A stretch of 64,000 nt of DNA from Candidatus Tayloriibacteriota bacterium (GTDB taxonomy: Bacteria; Patescibacteriota; Minisyncoccia; Phycocordibacterales; SIBU01): NCBI GenBank assembly GCA_016188455.1, contig JACPHR010000010.1:3655-67654 (forward strand), read 5' to 3'. The position numbers were made by a program, and so were the translations under genes. The notes beneath the pieces are model-generated. The model was given only the letters and a program-made list of their open reading frames with translations. It searched no databases and had not been told where the DNA came from. Shown here piece after piece: positions 24,584 to 33,116 of the stretch (the first letter of the stretch is position 1; every line of letters starts with the position of its first letter).

Positions 24584-25711
24584 CTAGCCTTTTCCGGGAG
24601 TGGTGGTATTGTCCTCGGAGGGCACATGGTGCCGCTCACGATAATTGCGGCCGAAGTCGGGGTCTTCCCAATCATCCAAGATGATGTAGTAGAGTCCAGC
24701 ATCCAATTCCCCGGAAACCGGAGCGCTCTCGGAAGTGGAAAACTCTCCGAGAAAGCGACCCTTGCCATCAAGGAGCTGTCCTTTGCAGGCGTGAGTCAAA
24801 ATTTCAACCTGCCCGTTCACAAACCGATATCCCGTTGAAGGGAATATCGTCACTTTTAAACGTGCCGTGAACAGAACTGGCTGAACGAACTGCGGCGATG
24901 TTTCTTCTGCTTCGCCGCGGATTTCGCTCGGGTTCACAAGCAAGGGTCGGAAATTGGCGAAGGCGACGTTCGCCGTACCGCTGACCCGCTCCGGAGTAAC
25001 GAGTACTCCGCCGCGGAAGGTATCCTCGTGATATCCGTCCGAGTCCTGCACGAAGACCGAGAGCTCTCCGTAGCTATCCTCAAACTGGCCGCTGTCACGA
25101 TACTCCTCCACATTGCCGATGAGACCGACCGGGAACCTGATTTCTCCGTCAACGACGGGAATGTTTACTGTGCGGATGATGAAGCCTTCCTTCGTTTTCT
25201 GAACGAAGCGGGCCCACGAAGCGCCTTGGTAGGCGAAATAGACTTCGTCCACAATGCGCGGCTTGATCTTTCCCGCAACGAGGCGAAACCGACCCAATTC
25301 GGCCGGCACCACATACGCCGCCTCCGAGCCGTAAAAGAGCTGGCGCCCTTTTCGGTCAAAGAGGTTGAGGTACGCGTAGAGGCCATTCGTATCGGTGATA
25401 GCGAAGTCAAGCACGGCCGAGCCGAGCTTATCCGCAATTGTCTGGTGGTTCGCTCCGGTAACGTCCTGCGACAACAACACCTGCACATAGTTAGTGTTAT
25501 TGGAGTTTTCGGAGAGATTTTCCCCCCAGACCCCGACTTGACCCTGACTCGCCTGGTTAAGCGCCCACACCCAGAGCTGTTCAATATTCCGAATGGGCAA
25601 CTGGCTGGGCGCGCCTCCTCCCCCGCCGCCTCCGCCGGAACTTGAGGTTTGAGCGCTGGCCGCAAAGGCGATGCACATCGCCGACACGACTACTGATAAT
25701 ATGGTCTTCAT
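24584..25711 (-). CDS. secreted hypothetical protein (375 aa) with signal peptide and poly-Gly linker
   Basis: MKTILSVVVSAMCIAFAASAQTS signal peptide, then GGGGGGGG. No known catalytic motif. Confidence 0.6.
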   Translation of the reverse strand: MKTILSVVVSAMCIAFAASAQTSSSGGGGGGGGAPSQLPIRNIEQLWVWALNQASQGQVGVWGENLSENSNNTNYVQVLLSQDVTGANHQTIADKLGSAVLDFAITDTNGLYAYLNLFDRKGRQLFYGSEAAYVVPAELGRFRLVAGKIKPRIVDEVYFAYQGASWARFVQKTKEGFIIRTVNIPVVDGEIRFPVGLIGNVEEYRDSGQFEDSYGELSVFVQDSDGYHEDTFRGGVLVTPERVSGTANVAFANFRPLLVNPSEIRGEAEETSPQFVQPVLFTARLKVTIFPSTGYRFVNGQVEILTHACKGQLLDGKGRFLGEFSTSESAPVSGELDAGLYYIILDDWEDPDFGRNYRERHHVPSEDNTTTPGKG

Positions 25712-25758
25712 TTTCTACTTTCCTTTCTTTCCTTTGTTTTTGGTTTACGGTTTTTGGT

Positions 25759-26016
25759 TTAGGGCTGTTTACGACTCGGCACCAACGACACAGATACTCC
25801 CTCCATGCGGACATGGTAGAGACCGTCGTTTGTCCCGACCGTGTTGGTTTTGGTTTCCGCGACGGGCTCGAAAACCGGGCTTTCAGCCAATGACCGAATC
25901 GTAACCGACTCGGTCGGAGGCGAGTGAACCGCTTGAGGTTGAGGTTGTTGAGATTTTTCTGTCAGTATTGCTAAAGACAGAGTCACAAATATAAGGCAAC
26001 CGAGGAGCTTCTTCAT
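25759..26016 (-). CDS. small secreted protein (85 aa)
   Basis: Signal peptide MKKLLGCLIFVTLSLAIL. Likely co-transcribed with the 24584 gene. Confidence 0.45.
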   Translation of the reverse strand: MKKLLGCLIFVTLSLAILTEKSQQPQPQAVHSPPTESVTIRSLAESPVFEPVAETKTNTVGTNDGLYHVRMEGVSVSLVPSRKQP

Positions 26017-26145
26017 TTGGTTTAGGACTTAGGTAGTTATTTAACTGTCGAACAACGAAGGCAATTTTCCAAAACTGCCAATAAAAATAAGGGTTTTCAC
26101 CCTCACTTTTTTCCGGTGCTATTGTAAGCTATAACTCTTAGTCTG

Positions 26146-27342
26146 TCAAGTGAAGATTCTTTTGATGAGAGGGTTGATACGGGTGACAATTTCATAACAT
26201 GACGAGTCGGTGAGAGCGCCCAGCTCCTCTGCGGTAATTTTTTTGCCCATGATAGTAACTTCGTCGTGAAGGGATACGCCTTTTATATCAGTAACGTCAA
26301 TCGTAATCATATCCATGCTGACGCGGCCTATGACCTTTGCCTGCCCGCCGACCTGCCCGTTCGCGGAACGCAGGCGGGAGCCGTTTCGGCGCAGGCGGGA
26401 CATTTGACCTTGAACAATAACCCGGCCAATTGAAGAGAGAGCGCGTGGATAACCATGCCAGTAACCGACGGGCACGATGGCCACTTTGCTTTCCTTGTCC
26501 AAGGTTTCGGCAAGGTCGTAGCCGATGCGGCTTCCCTTTGGTAATTTTTTTATTTCAGTAATAATTGATTTCCAGACCAACGCCGGCTCGAGCGAAATCT
26601 TTTTCTTTAGAAATTCTTTTACTTCAGCGGCCGGCCAAAGACCGTAAAGGCCGATGCCGATGCGCACCATGTCAAAGTGAGACTCGGGAAGAAGCATGCA
26701 GCCTGCGGTGGCGGCGGCGTGCGCCATCGGCCGCATCCCTTCTTTTTGAAAGGCCGCTATCCATTTCTTAAATTCCGCGAGCTGGGCAAGCGTGTCTTTC
26801 GGGAAGGCGGGATTTTTCGCGCTGGCAAAATGCGTGTAGAGTCCCTCAACAACTATTTTTGCATTTTGAGTTTTGATTTTTGATATCAGGGTTTTTTGCT
26901 GCCGCAGCAAAAAACCCTGGCGGTGCATACCGGTGTCCACTTTGATGTGAACGCGTAGGGGCTTGGAAAAGTTTTTACTGTTTGCCGCGATATATCGTAT
27001 TATTTCAAAAGAGGAAACCGTAATAGAAATGTCATTTGCCGAAGCCGCCGCGACCATTTCGGGCAGAGTGTAGCCAAGTATCAAAATGGGCAGTTTGATT
27101 CCCTCTCGCCTTAAAGCCAGGCCTTCCGTGACCGAATCAACGCCGAGAAAATCCGCCCCGAGTTTTTCCATCTCGCGCGAAAAATCAATAAGCCCGTGGC
27201 CGTAGCCGTTGCTTTTGACCACCGCCATCAACTTGGTTCGCTTCGCAATGAGCTTCTCAAAAACGTTAAAATTGTGCTTGACGGCCTTTCGGTCAACTTC
27301 AATCCAGGTGCGCAAACCTTTGTGGGCGGTTTTGCTTCGCAT
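26146..27342 (-). CDS. alr: alanine racemase
   Basis: PLP site VVKSNGYGHG. C-terminal GRVSMDMITIDV. Start taken at Met13 (ATG 27342). Carries a GC-rich in-frame insert (GQMSRLRRNGSRLRSANGQVGGQ) with a duplicated cgcaggcggga. Confidence 0.85.
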   Translation of the reverse strand: MRSKTAHKGLRTWIEVDRKAVKHNFNVFEKLIAKRTKLMAVVKSNGYGHGLIDFSREMEKLGADFLGVDSVTEGLALRREGIKLPILILGYTLPEMVAAASANDISITVSSFEIIRYIAANSKNFSKPLRVHIKVDTGMHRQGFLLRQQKTLISKIKTQNAKIVVEGLYTHFASAKNPAFPKDTLAQLAEFKKWIAAFQKEGMRPMAHAAATAGCMLLPESHFDMVRIGIGLYGLWPAAEVKEFLKKKISLEPALVWKSIITEIKKLPKGSRIGYDLAETLDKESKVAIVPVGYWHGYPRALSSIGRVIVQGQMSRLRRNGSRLRSANGQVGGQAKVIGRVSMDMITIDVTDIKGVSLHDEVTIMGKKITAEELGALTDSSCYEIVTRINPLIKRIFT

Positions 27343-27398
27343 GAGGATAATATTATCTAAAATGAAAAAAAACGCCAATGGAAAACTCTCATTAGTGT

Positions 27399-27436
27399 TA
27401 TTCTACCATCTTGGCGATCGCCAAGATGGTAGAATA
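27399..27436. promoter_or_regulatory. 38-bp perfect palindrome (family G) downstream of the wHTH/Cas2-like gene
   Basis: tattctaccatcttggcgatcgccaagatggtagaata. Confidence 0.5.
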
Positions 27437-27457
27437 GCGTTTCAACCTTCTTCAAAT

Positions 27458-28057
27458 TCAAATGACGGGCCGAAGAGTTCCAGTTTGGCCAACCTGAAAA
27501 ATTTCAACGCACTTTATGAGGCGCAATCTGTATAAATCGTCAAGAAATTCCTGGGGAATTTTAACTCTTCCCATCCAAAAACTTTTTTGCACCATCTTCA
27601 GACCCAAATGCTTAAGCGCCTCGCGCAACCAGTCACGCTTTCTTTTCTCCTTTTGTGGGACGTCAAAAGCCACGATGGTTAAATGCTCACCCGACTGCCG
27701 TGGATACTCTATCAAAGGAAACCGGGCTGAAATTTGCAACTTCAGTCTGCGTTCGGCGTCTTTTCCGCGAGCAGTGATTGATAACAGTGTTTTATCGGCA
27801 TTTTTGCTTATGGCAATCAAACCGTCATGCTTTAACTTTGAAATCAATTTCTGGTATCTCAGTACAAGCTCTTTCTCTCCTACTGGAAGAGGGCGTTTAT
27901 TACTCCTCTTCTTCTGCCTTTCTCTGAGAACATAGCGGATTCTTCCCGGCGACGCGCCGTATCCGGCAATAAGAATGGCTTCGCACAGTTCTAGAGATTC
28001 TACTGCCATTTTACCGAGTGTCTGAAGAATATAAAGTGTAATGTGTCCTTTTTTCAT
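27458..28057 (-). CDS. winged-HTH + Cas2/VapD-like-fold C-terminal domain protein (PaaX-like architecture), paralog 1
   Basis: C-terminus HLTIVAFDVPQKEKRKRDWLREALKHLGLKMVQKSFW follows the Cas2 pattern (b-strand ..YDV, R..L...L...G..Q.SV.). N-terminal wHTH-like region. The paralog at 56238 shares IV.FD.PQK....RD.LRE.L..L....LQKS. ATG start, with a tataat box immediately upstream. Confidence 0.45.
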   Translation of the reverse strand: MKKGHITLYILQTLGKMAVESLELCEAILIAGYGASPGRIRYVLRERQKKRSNKRPLPVGEKELVLRYQKLISKLKHDGLIAISKNADKTLLSITARGKDAERRLKLQISARFPLIEYPRQSGEHLTIVAFDVPQKEKRKRDWLREALKHLGLKMVQKSFWMGRVKIPQEFLDDLYRLRLIKCVEIFQVGQTGTLRPVI

Positions 28058-28074
28058 TATAGTATTTTGTTATA

Positions 28075-28108
28075 TTCTACTAAAAAGGCGATCGCTAAGA
28101 TAGTAGAA
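28075..28108. promoter_or_regulatory. family G palindrome (imperfect copy) in the promoter region of the wHTH/Cas2-like gene
   Basis: ttctactaaaaaggcgatcgctaagatagtagaa, 18 bp upstream of the start codon. Confidence 0.45.
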
Positions 28109-28168
28109 AAACACTTTAGCGAGGGAAAAGTGGAACATTTTAAGTACTGCTCGCCATCTCAAATTTTG

Positions 28169-28252
28169 TGCCGAGGGTGGGACTCGAACCCACACGGTCT
28201 AAACGACCCCGAGATTTTAAGTCTCGTACGGCTACCATTACGTCACCTCGGC
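28169..28252 (-). tRNA. tRNA-Leu (anticodon TAA), long variable arm
   Basis: Acceptor GCCGAGG/CCTCGGC. Anticodon loop cTTAAaa. Variable stem GGTC/GACC. Canonical T-arm GTGGG-TTCGAGT-CCCAC. Confidence 0.85.
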
Positions 28253-28297
28253 AAAAAACTTGGAAGGACAAACGCATCTCCTGATTCCGCTTGCATG

Positions 28298-28442
28298 AGG
28301 CCACGGTGGGACTTGGTTACAGCTCTCGTCGCGCCGTCGCGCTCCTCGGCCGCGACCCCGCCTCGCTGCCGCTCTGAAACTCGCGGCGTGCTCCGGCTTG
28401 CAATTCCACACGCACGCAAAGCAGTTTGCGTGCTCGTCGCCT
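28298..28442 (-). repeat. family B element (~126 bp) plus 19-nt duplicate of the tRNA-Cys 3-prime end
   Basis: gaggccacggtgggacttg at 28298-28316 repeats 28444-28462. The insert is homologous to 24014-24154. Confidence 0.55.
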
Positions 28443-28518
28443 TGGAGGCCACGGTGGGACTTGCACCCACGTATAACGGTTTTGCAGACCGCTGCGTTGC
28501 TATCTTCGCCACGTGGCC
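28443..28518 (-). tRNA. tRNA-Cys (anticodon GCA), CCA encoded
   Basis: Acceptor GGCCACG/CGTGGCC. Anticodon arm GCGGT-cTGCAaa-ACCGT. Atypical T-loop TGCAAGT. Confidence 0.75.
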
Positions 28519-28525
28519 TTGGATT

Positions 28526-28849
28526 TTACTTCTGAGACAATACGTCAATCTTCTGTCTGTTCTTCTCGCCTAAGTCTATCTCAAAATCCACAAAGGGCAA
28601 CTGGAAAAGTTTGCTTTCCTCTTTGAGAAATTCTCTGAAATCGGAGCGCTTGCGTTTGGCGAAATCCATTACCCCCTTTTCTTTTTCGCTCGGATAAACG
28701 GTCAAAAATATCAAGGCCTTTTTACCTTTGGCCAGAAGCTTGACGTCGGTAACGGTAATCAAAGCCTGGCCGCTGGATTCTCTCTCCAAAAATGCGGAAG
28801 CCTTTTGGCGAACAATTGCCTTTACTCGCTCATTTTTAATGTCGCTCAT
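28526..28849 (-). CDS. rbfA: ribosome-binding factor A
   Basis: 107 aa KH-like protein (RVKAIVRQKASAFL..ALITVTDVKL). Conserved position immediately downstream of infB. Confidence 0.7.
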   Translation of the reverse strand: MSDIKNERVKAIVRQKASAFLERESSGQALITVTDVKLLAKGKKALIFLTVYPSEKEKGVMDFAKRKRSDFREFLKEESKLFQLPFVDFEIDLGEKNRQKIDVLSQK

Positions 28850-28915
28850 TAGGATTTAAGAATCAGTCGGGCCCCACCCCGCCCGCCGCGGGCGGGGTGG
28901 GGCCGCCAGTCTTGT

Positions 28916-30466
28916 TTACTTTTTGACGATGACAAACGACTCAATAACATCCCCGGGGGCGATTTCAATCCGGGCTTCGGCCATGGCTCCAAACTCGCGG
29001 TCTTTGACCACTTCGTCCGTTTTCACTTTTTGCTGCTGCAATTCGCGGATTTTGCCGGTGCCGACTTCGGCGCCGCGGCGGATGATTTTAAATTCATCGC
29101 CGGTTCTGACTAAACCTTCAATCACCTTTCCACCGATGACTTGCCGGTCTTTGACAACGCTAAACAGCCTTATGATTTTAGCCTTGCCTCTGGTTTCAAC
29201 CACTTCGATTTTCGGGGTACGTTCAAGGAGAATCTCTCGCGCCCGCTCCACCAGTTTATAAATCACCTCAAAGATTTGGACCTCTATGCCGTCCCGTTCA
29301 GAGAGACTTTTTGCCGCGTTGTCAATTTTCACATTGAAACCGAGAATGTGCGCGCCGGTGCCGCTCGAGGCGATTTTAACGTCCGATTCGTTGACGTCAC
29401 CGGTCCCGGTATGGATGATTTTCGGGAAAACTTTATCGGTCGCCAGTTTTCGCAGTTCATACTCTATGGCTTCAAGCGAGCCCGACACATCCGTCTTAAC
29501 GACAATCGGCACCGCTATCCGCTCTTCGGACCGATTTTTCGTCATGTGCGGCCGCTTCGGCGGCACCGCCCGCGCCGCCGCCAAGTATTTTTCGGCTTCT
29601 TTTTTGGTGGCGAACGAAAGAAAAGGACTACCAGTCTCAGGCATGCTGTCCCAACCCAAGACGGCCACCGGCGTGCCCGGACCGGCCGAAGAAATTTCTT
29701 CGCCTAAAAAATTTTGCATCACCCGAAGCGAGGAGACGGCCTCCCCAGCCACGATGGCCATACCTTTTTTGAGCGTGCCGTCTTTGACGATGAGCGTCGC
29801 CGAAAGGCCTTTTTCTTTTGACCGCGCGGCTTCCAGCACCACGCCTTCGGCCGGCTTATCTTTGCGACCGCAAATATTTTCCACGTCCGCCACCAGAAGA
29901 ATCATGTCAAGCAAGTCGCCAACGCCCGCGCCGGAGAGCCCCGAAACTGGCACGCTGGGAATCTCGCCGCCGTAGCCTTCAATGTATATTTCGTGTTCCA
30001 GCAAACTTTGTTTGGCCCTTTCAATGTTGGCGGCTGGCTTGTCAATTTTGGTCAGGGCGACGATGAAAGGTGTTTTGCTTTCCTTGATAAACTTCAAAGC
30101 CTCGAGAGTTTGCGGTTTAACACCGTCCTCGGCGGAGACAACCAGGACTCCAATATCGGCGATGCGGGCGCCTCGCGAGCGAATGCCGGCAAAAGCTTCG
30201 TGTCCGGGAGTGTCAAGAAAAGTGATTAGTTTGATTTTACCTTCAGCCGTTGTGCGGCTGACTTCATAGGCCGAAACATGCTGGGTGATGCCGCCGGCCT
30301 CGCCCGCCGCCGCGTTCCGGTGCCTTTTTTCGGCACTGATGGCGCAACATTGCCGAATGTAATCAAGCAAAGTGGTTTTGCCGTGGTCAATATGGCCCAT
30401 CACCGCCACCACCGGCGGGCGCGGCGTAACCGCTTCTTTTACTGTTTTTTTGTGCAATGCGTTCAT
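28916..30466 (-). CDS. infB: translation initiation factor IF-2 (short form)
   Basis: G-domain VVAVMGHIDHGKTTLLD and DTPGHEAF, plus the IF-2 C-terminal domains. Start moved to Met23 (ATG 30466); the track extension reads through a CA-rich repeat. Confidence 0.9.
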   Translation of the reverse strand: MNALHKKTVKEAVTPRPPVVAVMGHIDHGKTTLLDYIRQCCAISAEKRHRNAAAGEAGGITQHVSAYEVSRTTAEGKIKLITFLDTPGHEAFAGIRSRGARIADIGVLVVSAEDGVKPQTLEALKFIKESKTPFIVALTKIDKPAANIERAKQSLLEHEIYIEGYGGEIPSVPVSGLSGAGVGDLLDMILLVADVENICGRKDKPAEGVVLEAARSKEKGLSATLIVKDGTLKKGMAIVAGEAVSSLRVMQNFLGEEISSAGPGTPVAVLGWDSMPETGSPFLSFATKKEAEKYLAAARAVPPKRPHMTKNRSEERIAVPIVVKTDVSGSLEAIEYELRKLATDKVFPKIIHTGTGDVNESDVKIASSGTGAHILGFNVKIDNAAKSLSERDGIEVQIFEVIYKLVERAREILLERTPKIEVVETRGKAKIIRLFSVVKDRQVIGGKVIEGLVRTGDEFKIIRRGAEVGTGKIRELQQQKVKTDEVVKDREFGAMAEARIEIAPGDVIESFVIVKK

Positions 30467-30634
30467 AATTTTTGCAGTGTCCGGTCGCGGCGGAAATTCC
30501 AAATCACAAATACCAAACCCCAAACAATGCACAAATTCAAATGATCAAAATTGGGAACCGCGCCGAGGGGCAGTTGCGGTTTTGAATTTAAATATTTGAA
30601 TTTGTTTAGGATTTCGAATTTCGTGCTTCGGATT

Positions 30635-31102
30635 TTAGGCACGAAGTGTTTGTCTGGCCTTTTCTATCGCTTCCCGTTCCTCTTTCGTAAGCTCGTACGC
30701 CGATTTGAAATTATTGATTGGCTTGGCAAAGACGCTTACGCGGTCACGGGAGTAAAGGCTGGAGATGGCGACGCCGCCTTTCTCATTGAGGAAACTGGCG
30801 GCGAAACTCTGGTTGCCGCCCTCACCTTTGCCTTTGAACGGATTGAAACGTACCGTGCCGACTCCCCGCACGCTCTGGCAGAGCCGCTGCTCCACGGTTT
30901 CCAAATACCGCTCAATCTCTTCACGGAACTGTTTGAACCGCTTAATATCCGAGACGTTGCCGGCAATTACCGCTTCAAGGTCTTTGCCGGTTTTGCCGCG
31001 AAGCAGTCGGTTAAGGCGAAACTCCAGGTGAATGACAAGAGTGATGAGAATCGCGATAACGATTGCCGAGCCCACAATGATTTCTTGGATGTACGGCTCC
31101 AT
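30635..31102 (-). CDS. DUF4446-family membrane protein
   Basis: N-terminal TM helix followed by a coiled coil, then VRFNPFKG....SFA..FLNEKG.GV..SSLYSR..VSVFAKPI. Start at Met21 (ATG); the track start is GTG. Confidence 0.5.
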   Translation of the reverse strand: MEPYIQEIIVGSAIVIAILITLVIHLEFRLNRLLRGKTGKDLEAVIAGNVSDIKRFKQFREEIERYLETVEQRLCQSVRGVGTVRFNPFKGKGEGGNQSFAASFLNEKGGVAISSLYSRDRVSVFAKPINNFKSAYELTKEEREAIEKARQTLRA

Positions 31103-31212
31103 GACCTTGGGATTATACGTCAAGTTGAAACTTTTTTCCAGCGAAGATAAAAAGGCCAGCACATGCTGGCTGATGGAGCTATAGAATCATTGCTTGTTCG
31201 GCACAATCTCTG

Positions 31213-31587
31213 TCAGTCGTGCGTCCCGCTGTCTTTCCTTTCTTTGCGACGACGGATAAAATTTTCGAACAATTTAACAACAGCAGGAGGTGGTTGATTC
31301 TTTAATTTCTCAAAAGTTCTGTCGCTGGTGTAGCCCCCTCTTTCGTCGGGCCAGTGTACCCATATAATCGGGTTCCCATCTATACCGTCATACAGTGTTA
31401 CCACTTTCCCCCGATAGAGGGTGCCATACGCTCTTCCCTGTTCTACCACTTCATCTCCGAGAGATACTTTGAATCCACTCTCATCTTGAATGCTTATCAC
31501 CGTATGGTCTGTTTGCACTTCTACAATGAAACCGCGGGTGTTTTGCCTTTTCGTTGTGTCTGTTCTTTCGCTGTTTGACGTATTCAT
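31213..31587 (-). CDS. hypothetical protein (124 aa)
   Basis: ATG start. No recognisable motif. Confidence 0.4.
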   Translation of the reverse strand: MNTSNSERTDTTKRQNTRGFIVEVQTDHTVISIQDESGFKVSLGDEVVEQGRAYGTLYRGKVVTLYDGIDGNPIIWVHWPDERGGYTSDRTFEKLKNQPPPAVVKLFENFIRRRKERKDSGTHD

Positions 31588-31650
31588 TTTGTGTCTCCCA
31601 TAGAAGATTCTTGAGTGTTTCTGTAAGAATGATAGTATTCCTTCGTATAC

Positions 31651-32925
31651 ATGTCAAACAAGCGAATTTATCTCGATTGCGCCGCCACAACTCCGCTTGA
31701 CCAGCGGGTTTTGAAAGTTATGCTGCCCTATTTCGGGAAAAAGTTCGGTAATCCAAGTTCGATTCACGCCGAAGGGGTAGATGCGAAGAAAGCGCTTGAA
31801 GCGGCGCGCAAGAGTGTCGGGGGAATTCTCCGCGCCCGAGCCGACGAAATGATTTTTACCTCCGGCGGCACCGAGTCAAACAACCTTGCCATCCATGGCG
31901 TTCTGAACGCCATCACGGATATACGCAGATTGGACGCAAACAAACGCGGATTGAATATCAGCGTGCATCAGCGTAGTCATCAGCGTGCATCCGCGGAAAA
32001 ATTGCATATGGTGACGACTAACATTGAACACTCGTCCGTGCTGGAGCCGATACGGGCGCTCGAGCGGCGCGGCGTGGCCGTAACCTACGTGCCGATTGAG
32101 CCAAACGGTATCGTGGACCCTAAAAAAATCGCCGCCGCTTTGCGTCCGGAAACAGTTTTGGTTTCGGTCGGCTACGCCAATAATGAAATCGGCACCATAC
32201 AACCGATTTCTAAAATTGCCCGCGAGATTCGCATTTTTAGAAATCGGCTGAAAGCACAAATCACAAATCCCAAATTCAAACTTTCAAATTTCCAAACCCC
32301 GATTTTCCATACGGATGCTTGCCAAGCTCCCTTGTATCTAGATTGCAACATGGACAAGCTCGGCGTTGACCTTTTGACGCTCGACGGCCACAAAATGTAC
32401 GGGCCCAAGGGGGTCGGCGCCCTCTACATAAGGCACGGCACCCCTATTGCGCCAATGCTTTTTGGCGGCGGCCAGGAAAGCAGTCTTCGTTCAACAACGG
32501 AAAATGTGGCGGCTATCGTCGGTTTCGCTCGGGCGCTTGAGATGGCCGCGTCAAAACGCGACAAAGAATCCGCGCGTCTCACGAAGCTCCGCGACTTCTG
32601 TCATTCCAACATTCTTGAGAATGTTGGAATGACAGAAGTGATAATTAATGGCGATATGAAAGAACGGCTGCCGAATAACCTAAACCTCTCCTTCCCGGGC
32701 ATTGATACCGAAATGCTTCTGCTGCGGCTTGACGCTTTGGGCATCGCCTGCTCCACAAAAAGTTCCTGTCTGCGAGATGAGCCGGGTTCCTATGTCGTCC
32801 TGGCCTTGGGCGGCGGTGAAGCTCGGGCAAAATCAACTCTTCGCTTCAGCTTCGGCCGCGAAACGACCAAAAAAGATATTGATTATCTAATTATCCAACT
32901 TGTCCGCGTTATACAGCAATCTTGA
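31651..32925 (+). CDS. cysteine desulfurase (class V aminotransferase, IscS/NifS-like) with two lineage-specific inserts
   Basis: LDCAATTPLD N-terminus and the PLP-lysine region GHKMYGPKGVGALYIR. Inserts at ~31915-31990 (with direct repeats) and ~32225-32290 (CA-rich). Confidence 0.85.
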   Translation: MSNKRIYLDCAATTPLDQRVLKVMLPYFGKKFGNPSSIHAEGVDAKKALEAARKSVGGILRARADEMIFTSGGTESNNLAIHGVLNAITDIRRLDANKRGLNISVHQRSHQRASAEKLHMVTTNIEHSSVLEPIRALERRGVAVTYVPIEPNGIVDPKKIAAALRPETVLVSVGYANNEIGTIQPISKIAREIRIFRNRLKAQITNPKFKLSNFQTPIFHTDACQAPLYLDCNMDKLGVDLLTLDGHKMYGPKGVGALYIRHGTPIAPMLFGGGQESSLRSTTENVAAIVGFARALEMAASKRDKESARLTKLRDFCHSNILENVGMTEVIINGDMKERLPNNLNLSFPGIDTEMLLLRLDALGIACSTKSSCLRDEPGSYVVLALGGGEARAKSTLRFSFGRETTKKDIDYLIIQLVRVIQQS

Positions 32926-33116
32926 TTTTTTACCGCACACATTAACTTTTCACTATAGTGAAAAGTTAATGTGTGCGGTAATCTTGTATAAGTTAATGCT
33001 TGCTTTTTCTAACTTCAGAACTTTTTCCGTCTTGCCAAACCTGTGAAGCGGAACAAACCGGCAACTCCCTCAAAAATGTCTTGCATTTTTCACGGAGCTG
33101 ATTTATTATTCGACAC

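Noticed and set aside
28043-28573. 176-aa plus-strand ORF
   Set aside because: It spans tRNA-Leu(TAA), the family B element and tRNA-Cys on the opposite strand, so it is spurious. The same applies to 39525..40013 and 39581..39964 across tRNA-Tyr and its insert.
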